Part shown: piece after piece, positions 17,585 to 26,494 of the stretch
Layout of the letters: each line of letters starts with the position of its first letter
How positions within the stretch are numbered: the first letter of the stretch is position 1
NCBI GenBank assembly: GCA_038239115.1
Contig: JBBSFD010000013.1
Location: 2,560 to 66,559 of the forward strand
Source: Candidatus Limnocylindrales bacterium
Lineage (GTDB): Bacteria > Chloroflexota > Limnocylindria > Limnocylindrales > CSP1-4
Direction of reading: 5' to 3'
Length of the DNA: 64,000 bases
Notes under the pieces: model-generated
Seen by the model: only the letters and a program-made list of their open reading frames with translations
The model's database searches: none
Told to the model about the DNA's origin: nothing
Translations under genes and position numbers: made by a program

Positions 17585-19006
17585 TCAGAGGGCTCGCAGG
17601 CGACGCGGCGGCCAGTCCCAGTCGACCGGCGTGGCCGCCCCCGCAAGGGCCCGGCGCCGGCCGGCTTCGGTCGCCCCGAGGACGAGGATTCGGTCGAGCT
17701 TGGTCGCCCGGCCGGCCTCGCTGCCCCACAGCTTGGTCATCTTGCGGCCGGCCGCCACGTCGTCGAGGGCGACCCCGGCCAGGCGGTAGCCAGCCGGCAG
17801 GGCCGCCTCCGCCCAGACCTTCTCGGCCAGCCCGACGCCGCCGGACAGGGCCCGGCCCCGGTCGCGCTCGACGTCGCCGATCACCAGCACGACGACAGCG
17901 TCGTCGGCCAGGGCCGGCCGCAGGCCGTCGAGGACCTCGCGCAGGAACTGGAGGTAGGCCGTCCGATGATGGGCATCGTCGAGGGTCGCGTCGATCTCGG
18001 CCGGGTCCTCGCCCAGCAGCCAGGCGCGCATCCAGTTGTAGTAGCCGTACTTGACCACCCGCAGGTACGGTGGCGAGGTGACGACCAGCCGGGCTCGATC
18101 GGGCAGCGCCCGCGCCCGGAGGGCAGACCTCGCCCGGATCCCCGCGTCCCGAGCGTCACCGAGCAGGGCGATCCCGGTCGATGCCGGGGTAGGCTGGCGG
18201 TACAGCCGGGTGAGCTTTCGGTCGAGGCCGGCAAACACGTCCCGCTTGGGTGAATGGAAGTCGGTCCGGGCCACGAAGTCGCGGACGTAGCCGCGGGCCA
18301 TGCTGAACGTGTTGGGCATGACCTCGGACAGGTAGCTGGCCGACTTGCCGTGCAGGATGCCGGTCAGGCCGGCGGCCAGGAAGCGATCGACCCGATCGTC
18401 GAGCCGCAGGTTCGTGCGTACGAACAGGAGCTGGGCGAACGTGCGCGGATGGAAGGCCAGGGCCACCTCGACCGGGACGGTTTCCGTGCCGTCAGCGGGC
18501 CCGGCGAGCGAGCCCGCGGCCGGGACCAGGCCACCGCCGGGGCCGGGTGCCGCCAGCAGGCGCAGCGACAGGGCCAGCCAGGCCGAGCCCTCGTTGGCCC
18601 AGCGCAGCCGGAGGGCGGTCAGCCGGGTCCGGGCCTCGGCCGGGCTGGCCGGCTCGACCTTGGCCGCGGTCAGGAGGTAGGCGAACGGATTCAGGTCGTT
18701 GCCGACCCCGATCCGGCCCTCGGCGCAGGCCTGGAGGGGCGTCGTACCGCGCCCGCTGAACGGGTCGAAGACGACGTCGCCCGGCCGCGACCAGCGGGCG
18801 ATGAAGGCGTGGGCCAGGCTGGCCGGGAAGCTCGCCAGGTACGAGCACATCGGATGGAGGCTGTGTCCCCACAGGCGCTGCTGGTCCTTCCACTCCGGCG
18901 CGATCGCCAGGCGGGGCAGCTCGGCCGGCAGCTCGAGGGCCAGCTGGGCCGTGGTCGCGACCGGGAGCGTGGTCAAGCGATCACTGGCGCGTTGGGCGCG
19001 CGGCAC
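17585..19006 (-). CDS. DNA methyltransferase, alpha-class order (motif I, then motif IV SPPY); N4-C or N6-A specificity
   Basis: 473 aa. AdoMet motif VVFDPFSGRGTT sits near the N-terminus and the catalytic VVTSPPYLRVVKYGYYNW about 220 aa later. No restriction gene is adjacent. Confidence 0.75.
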   Translation of the reverse strand: MPRAQRASDRLTTLPVATTAQLALELPAELPRLAIAPEWKDQQRLWGHSLHPMCSYLASFPASLAHAFIARWSRPGDVVFDPFSGRGTTPLQACAEGRIGVGNDLNPFAYLLTAAKVEPASPAEARTRLTALRLRWANEGSAWLALSLRLLAAPGPGGGLVPAAGSLAGPADGTETVPVEVALAFHPRTFAQLLFVRTNLRLDDRVDRFLAAGLTGILHGKSASYLSEVMPNTFSMARGYVRDFVARTDFHSPKRDVFAGLDRKLTRLYRQPTPASTGIALLGDARDAGIRARSALRARALPDRARLVVTSPPYLRVVKYGYYNWMRAWLLGEDPAEIDATLDDAHHRTAYLQFLREVLDGLRPALADDAVVVLVIGDVERDRGRALSGGVGLAEKVWAEAALPAGYRLAGVALDDVAAGRKMTKLWGSEAGRATKLDRILVLGATEAGRRRALAGAATPVDWDWPPRRLRAL

Positions 19007-19146
19007 GGTCGAGCAGTACCTCCGCGGGGCGTTGCCGCGATTCCAGCGCGGCGGAGGCGGAGTGTAGCATGCCGATTCGAGCCTCCTGGGGCTGTCGCCC
19101 GCGCTCGCGCGGCCGAGCCCACTCGGTAGACTGGGCCCCGCGCCGC

Positions 19147-19222
19147 GTCCCCGTAGCTCAGCGGACAGAGCAACCGCCTTCTAAGCGGTAGGTCGAAGGT
19201 TCGAACCCTTCCGGGGACGCCA
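19147..19222 (+). tRNA. tRNA-Arg (anticodon UCU), CCA encoded
   Basis: Acceptor GTCCCCG/CGGGGAC, D stem GCTC/GAGC, anticodon arm ACCGC-CTTCTAA-GCGGT, T arm GAAGG-TTCGAAC-CCTTC. Confidence 0.9.
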
Positions 19223-19322
19223 CTCGCGCTGTGCCCAGTCGGCGGACAGCAGCGAGCGCCCGCCGAAGGCGAGCGCTCGAAGACGTTCAGTTCGAGGCTG
19301 GCGGCCGCTGCCGCCGCCTGGA

Positions 19323-19535
19323 TTAGCGGTTTCGGGCGAGAAATGCCATCACGTCGTCAAGGCGGAAGCGTCGATCGCCTCGCTTGCAGACGCGATAGAA
19401 AGGAAGCTCTCCGCGGTCTCCGAGTCGCTTCACCGTGTTCACGTGCAGGTGGAGCATCTCGGCAACTTCGCTCGCGGTGAGCATCGGTCCCAGGTCGGTG
19501 GCGGCCATGGATGCCATCGTTCGAGTTTGCCTCAC
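19323..19535 (-). CDS. excisionase/MerR-like helix-turn-helix DNA-binding protein
   Basis: MLTASEVAEMLHLHVNTVKRLGDRGELPFYRVCKRGDRRFRLDDVMAFL is a typical Xis-type HTH. The true start may be an internal Met (for example 19484). Confidence 0.7.
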   Translation of the reverse strand: MRQTRTMASMAATDLGPMLTASEVAEMLHLHVNTVKRLGDRGELPFYRVCKRGDRRFRLDDVMAFLARNR

Positions 19536-19719
19536 GTCGGTGCGTCTTCGGCCGTTCCGGGCCCGTCCGGTTGTGACGGGTAGAGTGCGGCCTGCTGCTG
19601 GGCGGAGCGTAGGGGTTGGGCCTGCTCACCGCCAAGCCGTACATTCGTCCCGTCCGGAGGTACCACAGGCCCGGGCTTGCTCCCCGTGAACGAGCATGGC
19701 GCGCTGCTTGCCGGGCGCG

Positions 19720-19761
19720 AAAACGCCCCCGTTGGCCGGCCATACGACCGGGACGGGGGCG
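19720..19761 (-). terminator. rho-independent terminator downstream of flp
   Basis: On the minus strand: CGCCCCCGT, a 20-nt loop, ACGGGGGCG, then TTTT (plus-strand AAAA 19720-19723). Confidence 0.6.
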
Positions 19762-19785
19762 CTTGGTGCACGAAGTGCGAGTCGA

Positions 19786-19959
19786 TCAGACCGAATGCCC
19801 GATCGTGCTGAGCAGGTGGCTGAGGTTACCGCCGAGGAAAGCCAGGGAGAGGATTGCGACAATCGCCACGAGAGAAAGGATAAGTCCGTATTCAACGAGA
19901 CCCTGGCCCGCATCCCGACGCTGGCCCAGTTCGGCCAGAGTGAATTTCCAGATGTTCAT
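19786..19959 (-). CDS. flp: Flp family type IVb pilin (57 aa)
   Basis: Hand translation gives MNIWKFTLAELGQRRDAGQGLVEYGLILSLVAIVAILSLAFLGGNLSHLLSTIGHSV. This has the Flp G/xxxxEY processing motif and a hydrophobic helix. GGAGG lies upstream. The gene falls below the ORF-track length cutoff. Confidence 0.8.
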   Translation of the reverse strand: MNIWKFTLAELGQRRDAGQGLVEYGLILSLVAIVAILSLAFLGGNLSHLLSTIGHSV

Positions 19960-20430
19960 CGCCCCTATTTAGGCCTCCAGCTTCGGTGGTCACTGATCCA
20001 CGTCCTGGTCACATGTGCCAGGCATCAAACCTAGATCGTGGTCACTGGCCGTCAAGGGACCCAACTGGGCATGCGGTGCCATGTTGCATCAGCCGATGGT
20101 CCTACCCGGACGAGGGTGCGTGGCCGGCCTGACCGCGCGGGCTCCGGCTTTCCGTCAGGTCCCTCGAGCGCCCGTTTGACACGAACCGGGCCGAGCGCCA
20201 GTCAGATCCTTGCTGGAGAAAGGCTTATGGCGACTCGCGGGTCGCTGGGACGCCCAAGGCGCCTCCGACGGACGCTGCCGGACCTGGATCTGAGCACGAA
20301 CCGACACGGCACGTCGCACCGAGGCCCTGGATTCCGCCGTCCGGGCGGCGCGAACCGGCGTAAGCCTTGCTCCAGGAGGTATTTGACCGAAGGTCGGGCC
20401 TGAGCCGCCGGCGGCGCACGAGGGATGCGG

Positions 20431-21735
20431 CTAGGCCGGAATCGCGGCCAGGGTTCGGTCGATGATCCCGAGCGCTTCGCCAACCTCGGCCGGGGTCACG
20501 TCGAGGGGCGGGATGAGCCGGACGACGTTGTGATCGCGCCCGCACGACAGGACGAGCAGGCCGGCATCGGCACAGCCCGCGACGAGGGCCTCGACCAGCT
20601 CGCCGTCGGGCTCCCGGGACTGGCGGTCCTTGACGAACTCGATCCCGATCATCAGGCCCGGACCCCGGATGTCGCCGATTCGATGGTCCTCGGCGGCGAT
20701 CGCGGCCAGGCCCCGGCTGAGCTCGGAGCCGCGCTCGGCGGCGTTGGCCACGAGGTCCTCGGACTTGATCGTGGCCAGGACGGCCAGGGCGGCCGCGCAG
20801 GCCACCGGGTTGCCGCCGTAGGTGCTGCCGTGGGCGCTCTTGCCCCAGCGCTCGTGCAGCTCGCGCCGGCTGACGATCGCGGACAGGGGCAGGCCGTTGG
20901 CGATCGCCTTGGCCACGCAGACCACGTCGGGCACGATCCCGGCGGCCTCGAACGCCCACATTCGACCGGTCCGGCCGTAGCCGGTCTGGACCTCGTCGGC
21001 GATCAGCACAATGCCGTGCTCGTCGCTGAAACGGCGCAGGCCGGCCAGGAAGGCCGGCGGGGCGGGGTGGTAGCCGCCTTCGCCCTGGACTGGCTCGATC
21101 AGGATCGAGGCGATCTCGTCCGCCGGGATGACGGTCCGGACCAGGTCCTCGAGCGCGGCCAGGCAGACGGCCGTGGCTCGCTCGTCGTCGCCCGCGAAGT
21201 CGCGATAGGCGGCCGGGAAGGGCAGCAGGTGCACGCCGGGCAGGAGTGGCTCATAGCCGGCGCGGTAGTTGAGGGCTGAGCTGGTGACCGAGGCGGCGCC
21301 AAACGTTCGGCCGTGGAAGCCGCCCTTGAAGGCCACGATCCCAGCCCGGCCGGTCGCCCGCCGGGCGAGCTTGAGCGCGGCCTCGATGGCCTCCGAGCCC
21401 GAGTTCAGGAACATGACTGTGTCGAGCGGGGCCGGGAACGTGGCCGCCAGCTCGCTGGCCAGGCGCACGACCGGCTCGGCGTAGCCGATCGCCCCGGTTG
21501 GCACGATCAGGCGATCGACCTGCTGGTGGATCGCCCGGTTGACGGCCGGGTGGCTGTGGCCGAGGGCCGAAACGGCGATCCCGTTGGCAAAGTCGAGATA
21601 GGCCTTGCCGTCCGTGTCGAACAGGCGATGGCCGACGCCGTGGCTCCAGCTGCGCTCGAAGTAGCGGCCGAGGACGGGCGTCAGGTTGGCCTGGGCAAGG
21701 GCCTTGTAGTCGGCTCCGGAGGCGGCAACATCCAT
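20431..21735 (-). CDS. class III (omega/GABA-type) PLP-dependent aminotransferase
   Basis: Start MDVAASGADYK at 21735. Motifs FLNSGSEAIEAALKLAR, IADEVQTGYGRTG and CVAKAIANG (PLP lysine). Confidence 0.9.
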   Translation of the reverse strand: MDVAASGADYKALAQANLTPVLGRYFERSWSHGVGHRLFDTDGKAYLDFANGIAVSALGHSHPAVNRAIHQQVDRLIVPTGAIGYAEPVVRLASELAATFPAPLDTVMFLNSGSEAIEAALKLARRATGRAGIVAFKGGFHGRTFGAASVTSSALNYRAGYEPLLPGVHLLPFPAAYRDFAGDDERATAVCLAALEDLVRTVIPADEIASILIEPVQGEGGYHPAPPAFLAGLRRFSDEHGIVLIADEVQTGYGRTGRMWAFEAAGIVPDVVCVAKAIANGLPLSAIVSRRELHERWGKSAHGSTYGGNPVACAAALAVLATIKSEDLVANAAERGSELSRGLAAIAAEDHRIGDIRGPGLMIGIEFVKDRQSREPDGELVEALVAGCADAGLLVLSCGRDHNVVRLIPPLDVTPAEVGEALGIIDRTLAAIPA

Positions 21736-21785
21736 CGGGCGAGGATACCGGAACGGCGGTCGAGCCTGCCGCAGGCGATGGCACA

Positions 21786-23039
21786 ATGGCCTCGCTCTGC
21801 AGCTCGAGCTCCACCCTGAGGTTCGCCCCGACCGTGATCGACTTCCGCCTGAGCGACGAGAACCGGCTGGTCCAGCACAGCGCCCGGGCCTTCGCCGAGA
21901 CCGAGATCCTGCCCCATATTCGGGACTGGGACAGCGCCGGCGAGGTCCATCCCGAGGTCTTCGCCAAGATGGCCGGGCTGGGCTTCCTCGGCGCCCCGAT
22001 TCCCGAGCAATACGGCGGCTCGGGCATGGACTACATCAGCTTTGCCCTCCTGTGCGAGGAGCTCGAGCGGGCCGACACGGCCTTCCGGGTGGTCCAGAGC
22101 GTCCACGTCGGCCTGAACTCGCTGACCCTCCTCCAATGGGGAACCGAGGCCCAGCGCCAGCACTACCTCGTGCCCCAGGCCAGGGGCGAAAAGCTGGCCA
22201 GCTTCTGCCTGACCGAGCCGGGTGTCGGGACCGACGCGGGAGCGCTCCAGACCACGGCCAGGCGCGAAGGCGACCGGTACATCCTCAATGGCCAGAAAAC
22301 CTGGATCAGCCTGGCCGACCTGGCCGACCACTTCCTGGTCTTCGCCACGGTCGACCGCTCGAAGAAGCACAGGGGCGTCACCGCGTTCATCGTGGAGCGC
22401 AGCTTCAAGGGCCTCTCCACGTCCACCCTCCACGGCAAGCTCGGGATCCATGCCGGCAACACCGGCATCGTCAACCTCGAGAACTGCGAGGTCCCGGCCG
22501 AGAACCGGCTGGGCGAGGAGGGCGAGGGCTTCCTGATCGCGATGAGCGCGATCGACCAGGGCCGCTTCACCGTCGCCGCGGGCAGTGTCGGCCTGGCCCA
22601 GGCATGCCTGGACGCAAGCGTCAAGTACGCCCACGAGCGGCAGACCTTTGGCGAGGAGATCGGCCGACACCAGCTGGTCAAGCAGATGATCGCCAAGATG
22701 GCCGCCGGCACGGAGATCGGGCGGCTGCTCGTGTGGCGCGCCGGCTGGCTCAAGAACCAGGGCCTGCGCAACACCCGCGAGACGAGCCTGGCCAAGTGGC
22801 ATGCCACCGACCACGCGGTCCAATCCGCCCTCGATGCCATCCAGGTCCACGGCGCCAACGGCTACTCCAACGAGTTCCCGGTCGAGCGCTACCTGCGCAA
22901 CTCCAAGGCCGCCGTCATCTACGAGGGCACGAGCCAGCTCCACACCATGATCCAGGCCGACTACGCCCTCGGCTATCGCGAGGACCGGCCGCTGCGCTGC
23001 GAGCCGTGGCCCGCCCAGGGCTTCGAGCGGCCGGCCTGA
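21786..23039 (+). CDS. acyl-CoA dehydrogenase
   Basis: 417 aa. Motifs FCLTEPGVGTDAGAL and QVHGANGYSNEFPVERYLRNSKAAVIYEGTSQLH. An alternative GTG start at 21834 gives VIDFRLSDEN. Confidence 0.88.
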   Translation: MASLCSSSSTLRFAPTVIDFRLSDENRLVQHSARAFAETEILPHIRDWDSAGEVHPEVFAKMAGLGFLGAPIPEQYGGSGMDYISFALLCEELERADTAFRVVQSVHVGLNSLTLLQWGTEAQRQHYLVPQARGEKLASFCLTEPGVGTDAGALQTTARREGDRYILNGQKTWISLADLADHFLVFATVDRSKKHRGVTAFIVERSFKGLSTSTLHGKLGIHAGNTGIVNLENCEVPAENRLGEEGEGFLIAMSAIDQGRFTVAAGSVGLAQACLDASVKYAHERQTFGEEIGRHQLVKQMIAKMAAGTEIGRLLVWRAGWLKNQGLRNTRETSLAKWHATDHAVQSALDAIQVHGANGYSNEFPVERYLRNSKAAVIYEGTSQLHTMIQADYALGYREDRPLRCEPWPAQGFERPA

Positions 23040-23057
23040 GGCCGGCGCTGGCCGTTC

Positions 23058-24179
23058 TCAGCGAGGGCTGAGCTCGCGCTCCCGCTCCAGCCGGTCGGCC
23101 ACCCCGGCCGGAGTCGGCTCCGCGGGGGTCACCCCGGCCGCAGCCGGCTCGGCATGATCGGCGGGAGTCGCTTGGAGTCGGCCACGGGCGGTCACGATCA
23201 GGGCCACGCCGGCCACGATGATCGCCCCGGCCAGGGCCGTCCGCGGCTCGATCGGCTCGCCCAGGATCAGCCCGGCCAGGATGACCGCGACGATCGGGTT
23301 GATGTACGCGTACGTAGCGACCTTGGCCAGCGGCGCGACCCGCAGCAGCCAGACGTACGTGGTGAAGCCGACCAGGCTGCCGACCGTGGTCAGGTACAGC
23401 TGGCCCAGGGCGGATCGGCCGGTAACCGCGGCCAGGTCGAAGCCGCCGAGCTCGCCGGTGAGCACGGCGGCGATCATCAGGATCGCTCCGCCGCAGATCA
23501 TCTGGAGGCCGGTCGCGGTCAGCGGCCGGCGGGGCAGGACGGCCCGGTGGCTGGAGTAGAGCGAGCCGGCCGCCCAGGCGATGGGGGAGCACAACAGGAC
23601 GACCAGGCCGAACGGATCGAAGCTCGGGCCGCCGGCCGTGCCGGCCGGTCCGACCAGGACCGCCACGCCGACCAGGCCGACCACGACCCCCACGATCGCC
23701 GCCCGCGGCAGGCGCTCGCTGAAGAACAGGCGGCCGAGGACGGCGACCCAGACCGGCAGCATCGCGATCAGGAAGGCGGCGATCCCGGCGGGCACCGTCC
23801 GCTCGCCGAGGGCGACCAGGCCCATCCCGCCGCCGAGCAGGGCCCCGCCCACGATCGCCGAGTCGCGCCACTGACGGAGGGTCGGCCGGGTTGGTTGATC
23901 GGCCGGCGCGACGGTCGGGTCGCGCTGGATCCGGCGGACGGCGAGCCATTCCCAGGCCAGGAGCAGGGCCCCTGCGATCAGGAACCGGACGCCGGCCATG
24001 AGGAATGGCGGGATCGACTCCACGGCCAGGCGGATGCCGATATAGGTCGAGCCCCACACGAAATAGAGCACGACCATGCCGGCCCAGATCGCCAGTGGTC
24101 CGGCGTTGCTCCGGACTCGCTGGTCGAGCGGGTTGGTCAAACTTGGCTGAGTTGGCTGGTCCAAGTGCTGAGCATACAT
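23058..24179 (-). CDS. EamA/DMT-family transporter
   Basis: Two EamA repeats with about 10 hydrophobic segments (VWGSTYIGIRLAVESIPPFLMAGVRFLIAG). The start is set at MYAQHL. The Pro/Ala-rich upstream extension of the track ORF was rejected. Confidence 0.8.
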   Translation of the reverse strand: MYAQHLDQPTQPSLTNPLDQRVRSNAGPLAIWAGMVVLYFVWGSTYIGIRLAVESIPPFLMAGVRFLIAGALLLAWEWLAVRRIQRDPTVAPADQPTRPTLRQWRDSAIVGGALLGGGMGLVALGERTVPAGIAAFLIAMLPVWVAVLGRLFFSERLPRAAIVGVVVGLVGVAVLVGPAGTAGGPSFDPFGLVVLLCSPIAWAAGSLYSSHRAVLPRRPLTATGLQMICGGAILMIAAVLTGELGGFDLAAVTGRSALGQLYLTTVGSLVGFTTYVWLLRVAPLAKVATYAYINPIVAVILAGLILGEPIEPRTALAGAIIVAGVALIVTARGRLQATPADHAEPAAAGVTPAEPTPAGVADRLERERELSPR

Positions 24180-24259
24180 CAGCCCGCCGGCGGATCGCCG
24201 GGTCATTCGTCCTGGGAGGGACCTGGCCCGATTGGCGAGGGGGACCGGCGTGCCCGAGG

Positions 24260-25072
24260 TCAGGCGGCCACGGCCGGCCGGCACGCTCCGCAGGCCCGGT
24301 AGCCGGCGCTGGCCGCCGCGGCCGCCGACCGGAACGGACTCCGGTGCCGGGCGGTGATCCGTTTCGCGTTGTGGCAGGTGGGCAGGCAATAGATCCGGGT
24401 GGTATCCGAGCCGATGTAGCGGATCCCGGACCGGGCCAGGCCCTCCAGCCCGTCCGGATCGAGGCCTTCGGAGGCAAGCAGGGCCCGCTTGTTGGCCGGT
24501 CCACCGAGCGAGTACTGGCCGAGCATGCCGTCCGTCCGCACGACCCGATGGCAGGGCACCACCAGCGGCACCGGGTTGTGCCCGAGGGCCGTGCCGACGG
24601 CCCGGACCGCCTTCGGCCGGCCGATCTCGGCGGCGATCCAGCCGTACGGCCGGACTTCGCCGCGGGGGATCTCGAGGGCCTTCAGCCAGACGTCCTTCTC
24701 GAACGCGCTGTGCCCGCGCAGGTCGAGCGGGATCGATACCCGGCGGTCGCCGTCGAGCCGGCGCCGGATGGCGGAGGTCAGGCGGGGCGGCAGCTCGTCC
24801 AGGCGATGGACCGGCCGGCCGTGGGTGGCCCGGAAGCGGGCCTCGAAGGCAGGGCCCGACTCGGCCGACTCGATCGCGCTGACGCCGAGGCCGTTGAAGG
24901 CGACCCAGGTCGGGCCGATGACCGTGTCGAGCGGGGCGTAGGCATCGGCCAGGCCCACCGCCACCAGGGTTCGATCGGCCAGGCCGGCCGGGGCGGGCAC
25001 GGCCAGCTCGTCCAGGGCGGCCTCGATGGCCGGGTCGATCGCGGATTCGTTGGTTGGCAGGGATCGGTTCAT
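24260..25072 (-). CDS. methylated-DNA-protein-cysteine methyltransferase (MGMT) with C-terminal Ada-type zinc domain
   Basis: 270 aa. Active site VVPCHRVV, then IRYIGSDTTRIYCLPTCHNAKR..AGYRACGACRP (a four-Cys Ada_Zn-like module) at the C-terminus. The start ATG overlaps the sigma-factor stop (ATGA). Confidence 0.8.
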   Translation of the reverse strand: MNRSLPTNESAIDPAIEAALDELAVPAPAGLADRTLVAVGLADAYAPLDTVIGPTWVAFNGLGVSAIESAESGPAFEARFRATHGRPVHRLDELPPRLTSAIRRRLDGDRRVSIPLDLRGHSAFEKDVWLKALEIPRGEVRPYGWIAAEIGRPKAVRAVGTALGHNPVPLVVPCHRVVRTDGMLGQYSLGGPANKRALLASEGLDPDGLEGLARSGIRYIGSDTTRIYCLPTCHNAKRITARHRSPFRSAAAAASAGYRACGACRPAVAA

Positions 25073-25716
25073 GGGGCCACCTCCAGTGGTCGGCGCGATT
25101 GGTGCTCGTCGCGAGTGGAGTGATTCAGGTGGGCGCCGTCCGGATCGGCGAGGATGGCCGCCCGGAGCTGGGCAATCCCGCGGTGGACCTGGGCCTTGAC
25201 CGTGCCTGCCGGGCGGCCGAGCGCCTCGCCGATCTCCTCGTAAGACAGGCCGTCGACGTGACGCAGGACGAGCGGCGCGCGATAGCGCTCGGGCAGGGCC
25301 AGCAGGCGGGCCGCCCAGGCCTCGGCCTCAGCTCGCCGCTCGAGGCGGCCGTGGGGCGTATCGGCGACCGGGATTCGAGGATGGGCGAGCTCATCGAGGA
25401 GGCTGACCGTGGCCGGCCGGCTGGTCGCTGCACGGGCCCGATTCCGGGCCAGGTTGACCAGGATGCTGGCCAGCCAAGGCCGGATCGCAAGCTCGCGAAT
25501 GCGCTCCGGTTCCCAGCCGGCGAGCGCCCGATAGGCTCGGACCAGGGCGTCCTGGGCCAGGTCCTCGGCGTCGGCCGGTCGCCCGGTCAGGCGCAGGCCC
25601 ATGCCGTAGAGGCGGCCGGACTCGGCCTCGACCAGCGCCGGGAAGGCTGCATCGAGGTCCGCGGCCAGGGCCAGTCGGACATCGACGGAAGGTGCTGATC
25701 CGGTCATTCGGTCCAT
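25069..25716 (-). CDS. ECF-type RNA polymerase sigma factor
   Basis: Region 2 (DAEDLAQDALVRAYRAL) and region 4.2 HTH (LSYEEIGEALGRPAGTVKAQVHRGIAQLR). Start uncertain: 25716, 25707 or GTG 25755. Confidence 0.85.
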   Translation of the reverse strand: MDRMTGSAPSVDVRLALAADLDAAFPALVEAESGRLYGMGLRLTGRPADAEDLAQDALVRAYRALAGWEPERIRELAIRPWLASILVNLARNRARAATSRPATVSLLDELAHPRIPVADTPHGRLERRAEAEAWAARLLALPERYRAPLVLRHVDGLSYEEIGEALGRPAGTVKAQVHRGIAQLRAAILADPDGAHLNHSTRDEHQSRRPLEVAP

Positions 25717-25780
25717 CACCCGTTCATAACACGGCGCCTGCCGGTTCGGTTGCACCAGCCGGGGCGGTGTATGGGTGCGT

Positions 25781-26494
25781 CTAGGCCGGGGCGAGCCCGA
25801 GGTTGAGCCGCCTGACCCGGCCCGAGCCGTCGATCGCCTCGATCTCGCCGGTCGGCTGGACGAGGAAGATCCACACGTCCCAGGTGGTATGGCTCACGAT
25901 CAGGGCTCCCAGGGGAACGCCGGCCGCGTACAGGGCGCACCAGTGCGCACCGGCCACGCTGGCCGCGCCCATCAGGGTGAAGTTGCCGGTCACGACGTGG
26001 ACGCCGCCATAGGCGATGGCCGCCAGGGCTGCCCCGCGCCAGCGGCCGAAGCGGCGCATCAGGGCCGACTGGACCAGGCCCCGCCAGAAGATCTCCTCGG
26101 CGGGTCCGATGATGAGGGCAAGCCGGGTTGCGATCTCGCCCTGGGGCCGGAGCGTCCGCAACGTGTAGATGTCGCGGATCTGGGCGTCACCGCCGGGCAC
26201 GAACCGCCGGGCAAAGCGGTCGCCGGCCTGGAAGGTCAGGTACAGCACGCCGGCCGAGGCCAGCCCCACGGGCAGGTGCCACCACGCCAGGCGCAGCTGG
26301 CGCGAGCGGCTGGAGCTGAGCAGGGCCCAGCTGCCCAGGCCGAGCCCGGTCAGCGTCATCCGCTGCCAGAAGCGCGCCCGCGGCCCGTTGAATGTGGCGG
26401 TGAAGGCCGCCGCTGCCCCGGCGAGCCCGACCGCCAGCGGCAGGATCCCAGGCCCCGGGTCCGGCAGGCCGGTCGAGGCCGGGCGATCAGCCAT
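25781..26494 (-). CDS. CPBP-family intramembrane glutamic endopeptidase (CAAX protease-like)
   Basis: 237 aa membrane protein with motifs EEIFWRG and GGVH..N, plus a C-terminal H in SHTTWD. Confidence 0.75.
   Translation of the reverse strand: MADRPASTGLPDPGPGILPLAVGLAGAAAAFTATFNGPRARFWQRMTLTGLGLGSWALLSSSRSRQLRLAWWHLPVGLASAGVLYLTFQAGDRFARRFVPGGDAQIRDIYTLRTLRPQGEIATRLALIIGPAEEIFWRGLVQSALMRRFGRWRGAALAAIAYGGVHVVTGNFTLMGAASVAGAHWCALYAAGVPLGALIVSHTTWDVWIFLVQPTGEIEAIDGSGRVRRLNLGLAPA

Noticed and set aside
20240-20250. GGGACGCC matching the 3' end of tRNA-Arg as a possible att direct repeat for the islet
   Set aside because: Only 8 nt match, which is expected by chance in GC-rich DNA. There is no integrase to support it.
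20205-20380. 6S RNA, SRP RNA or RNase P identity for the long-stem region upstream of flp
   Set aside because: None of the universally conserved blocks I remember for these RNAs are present. It is kept only as an unclassified candidate structure.
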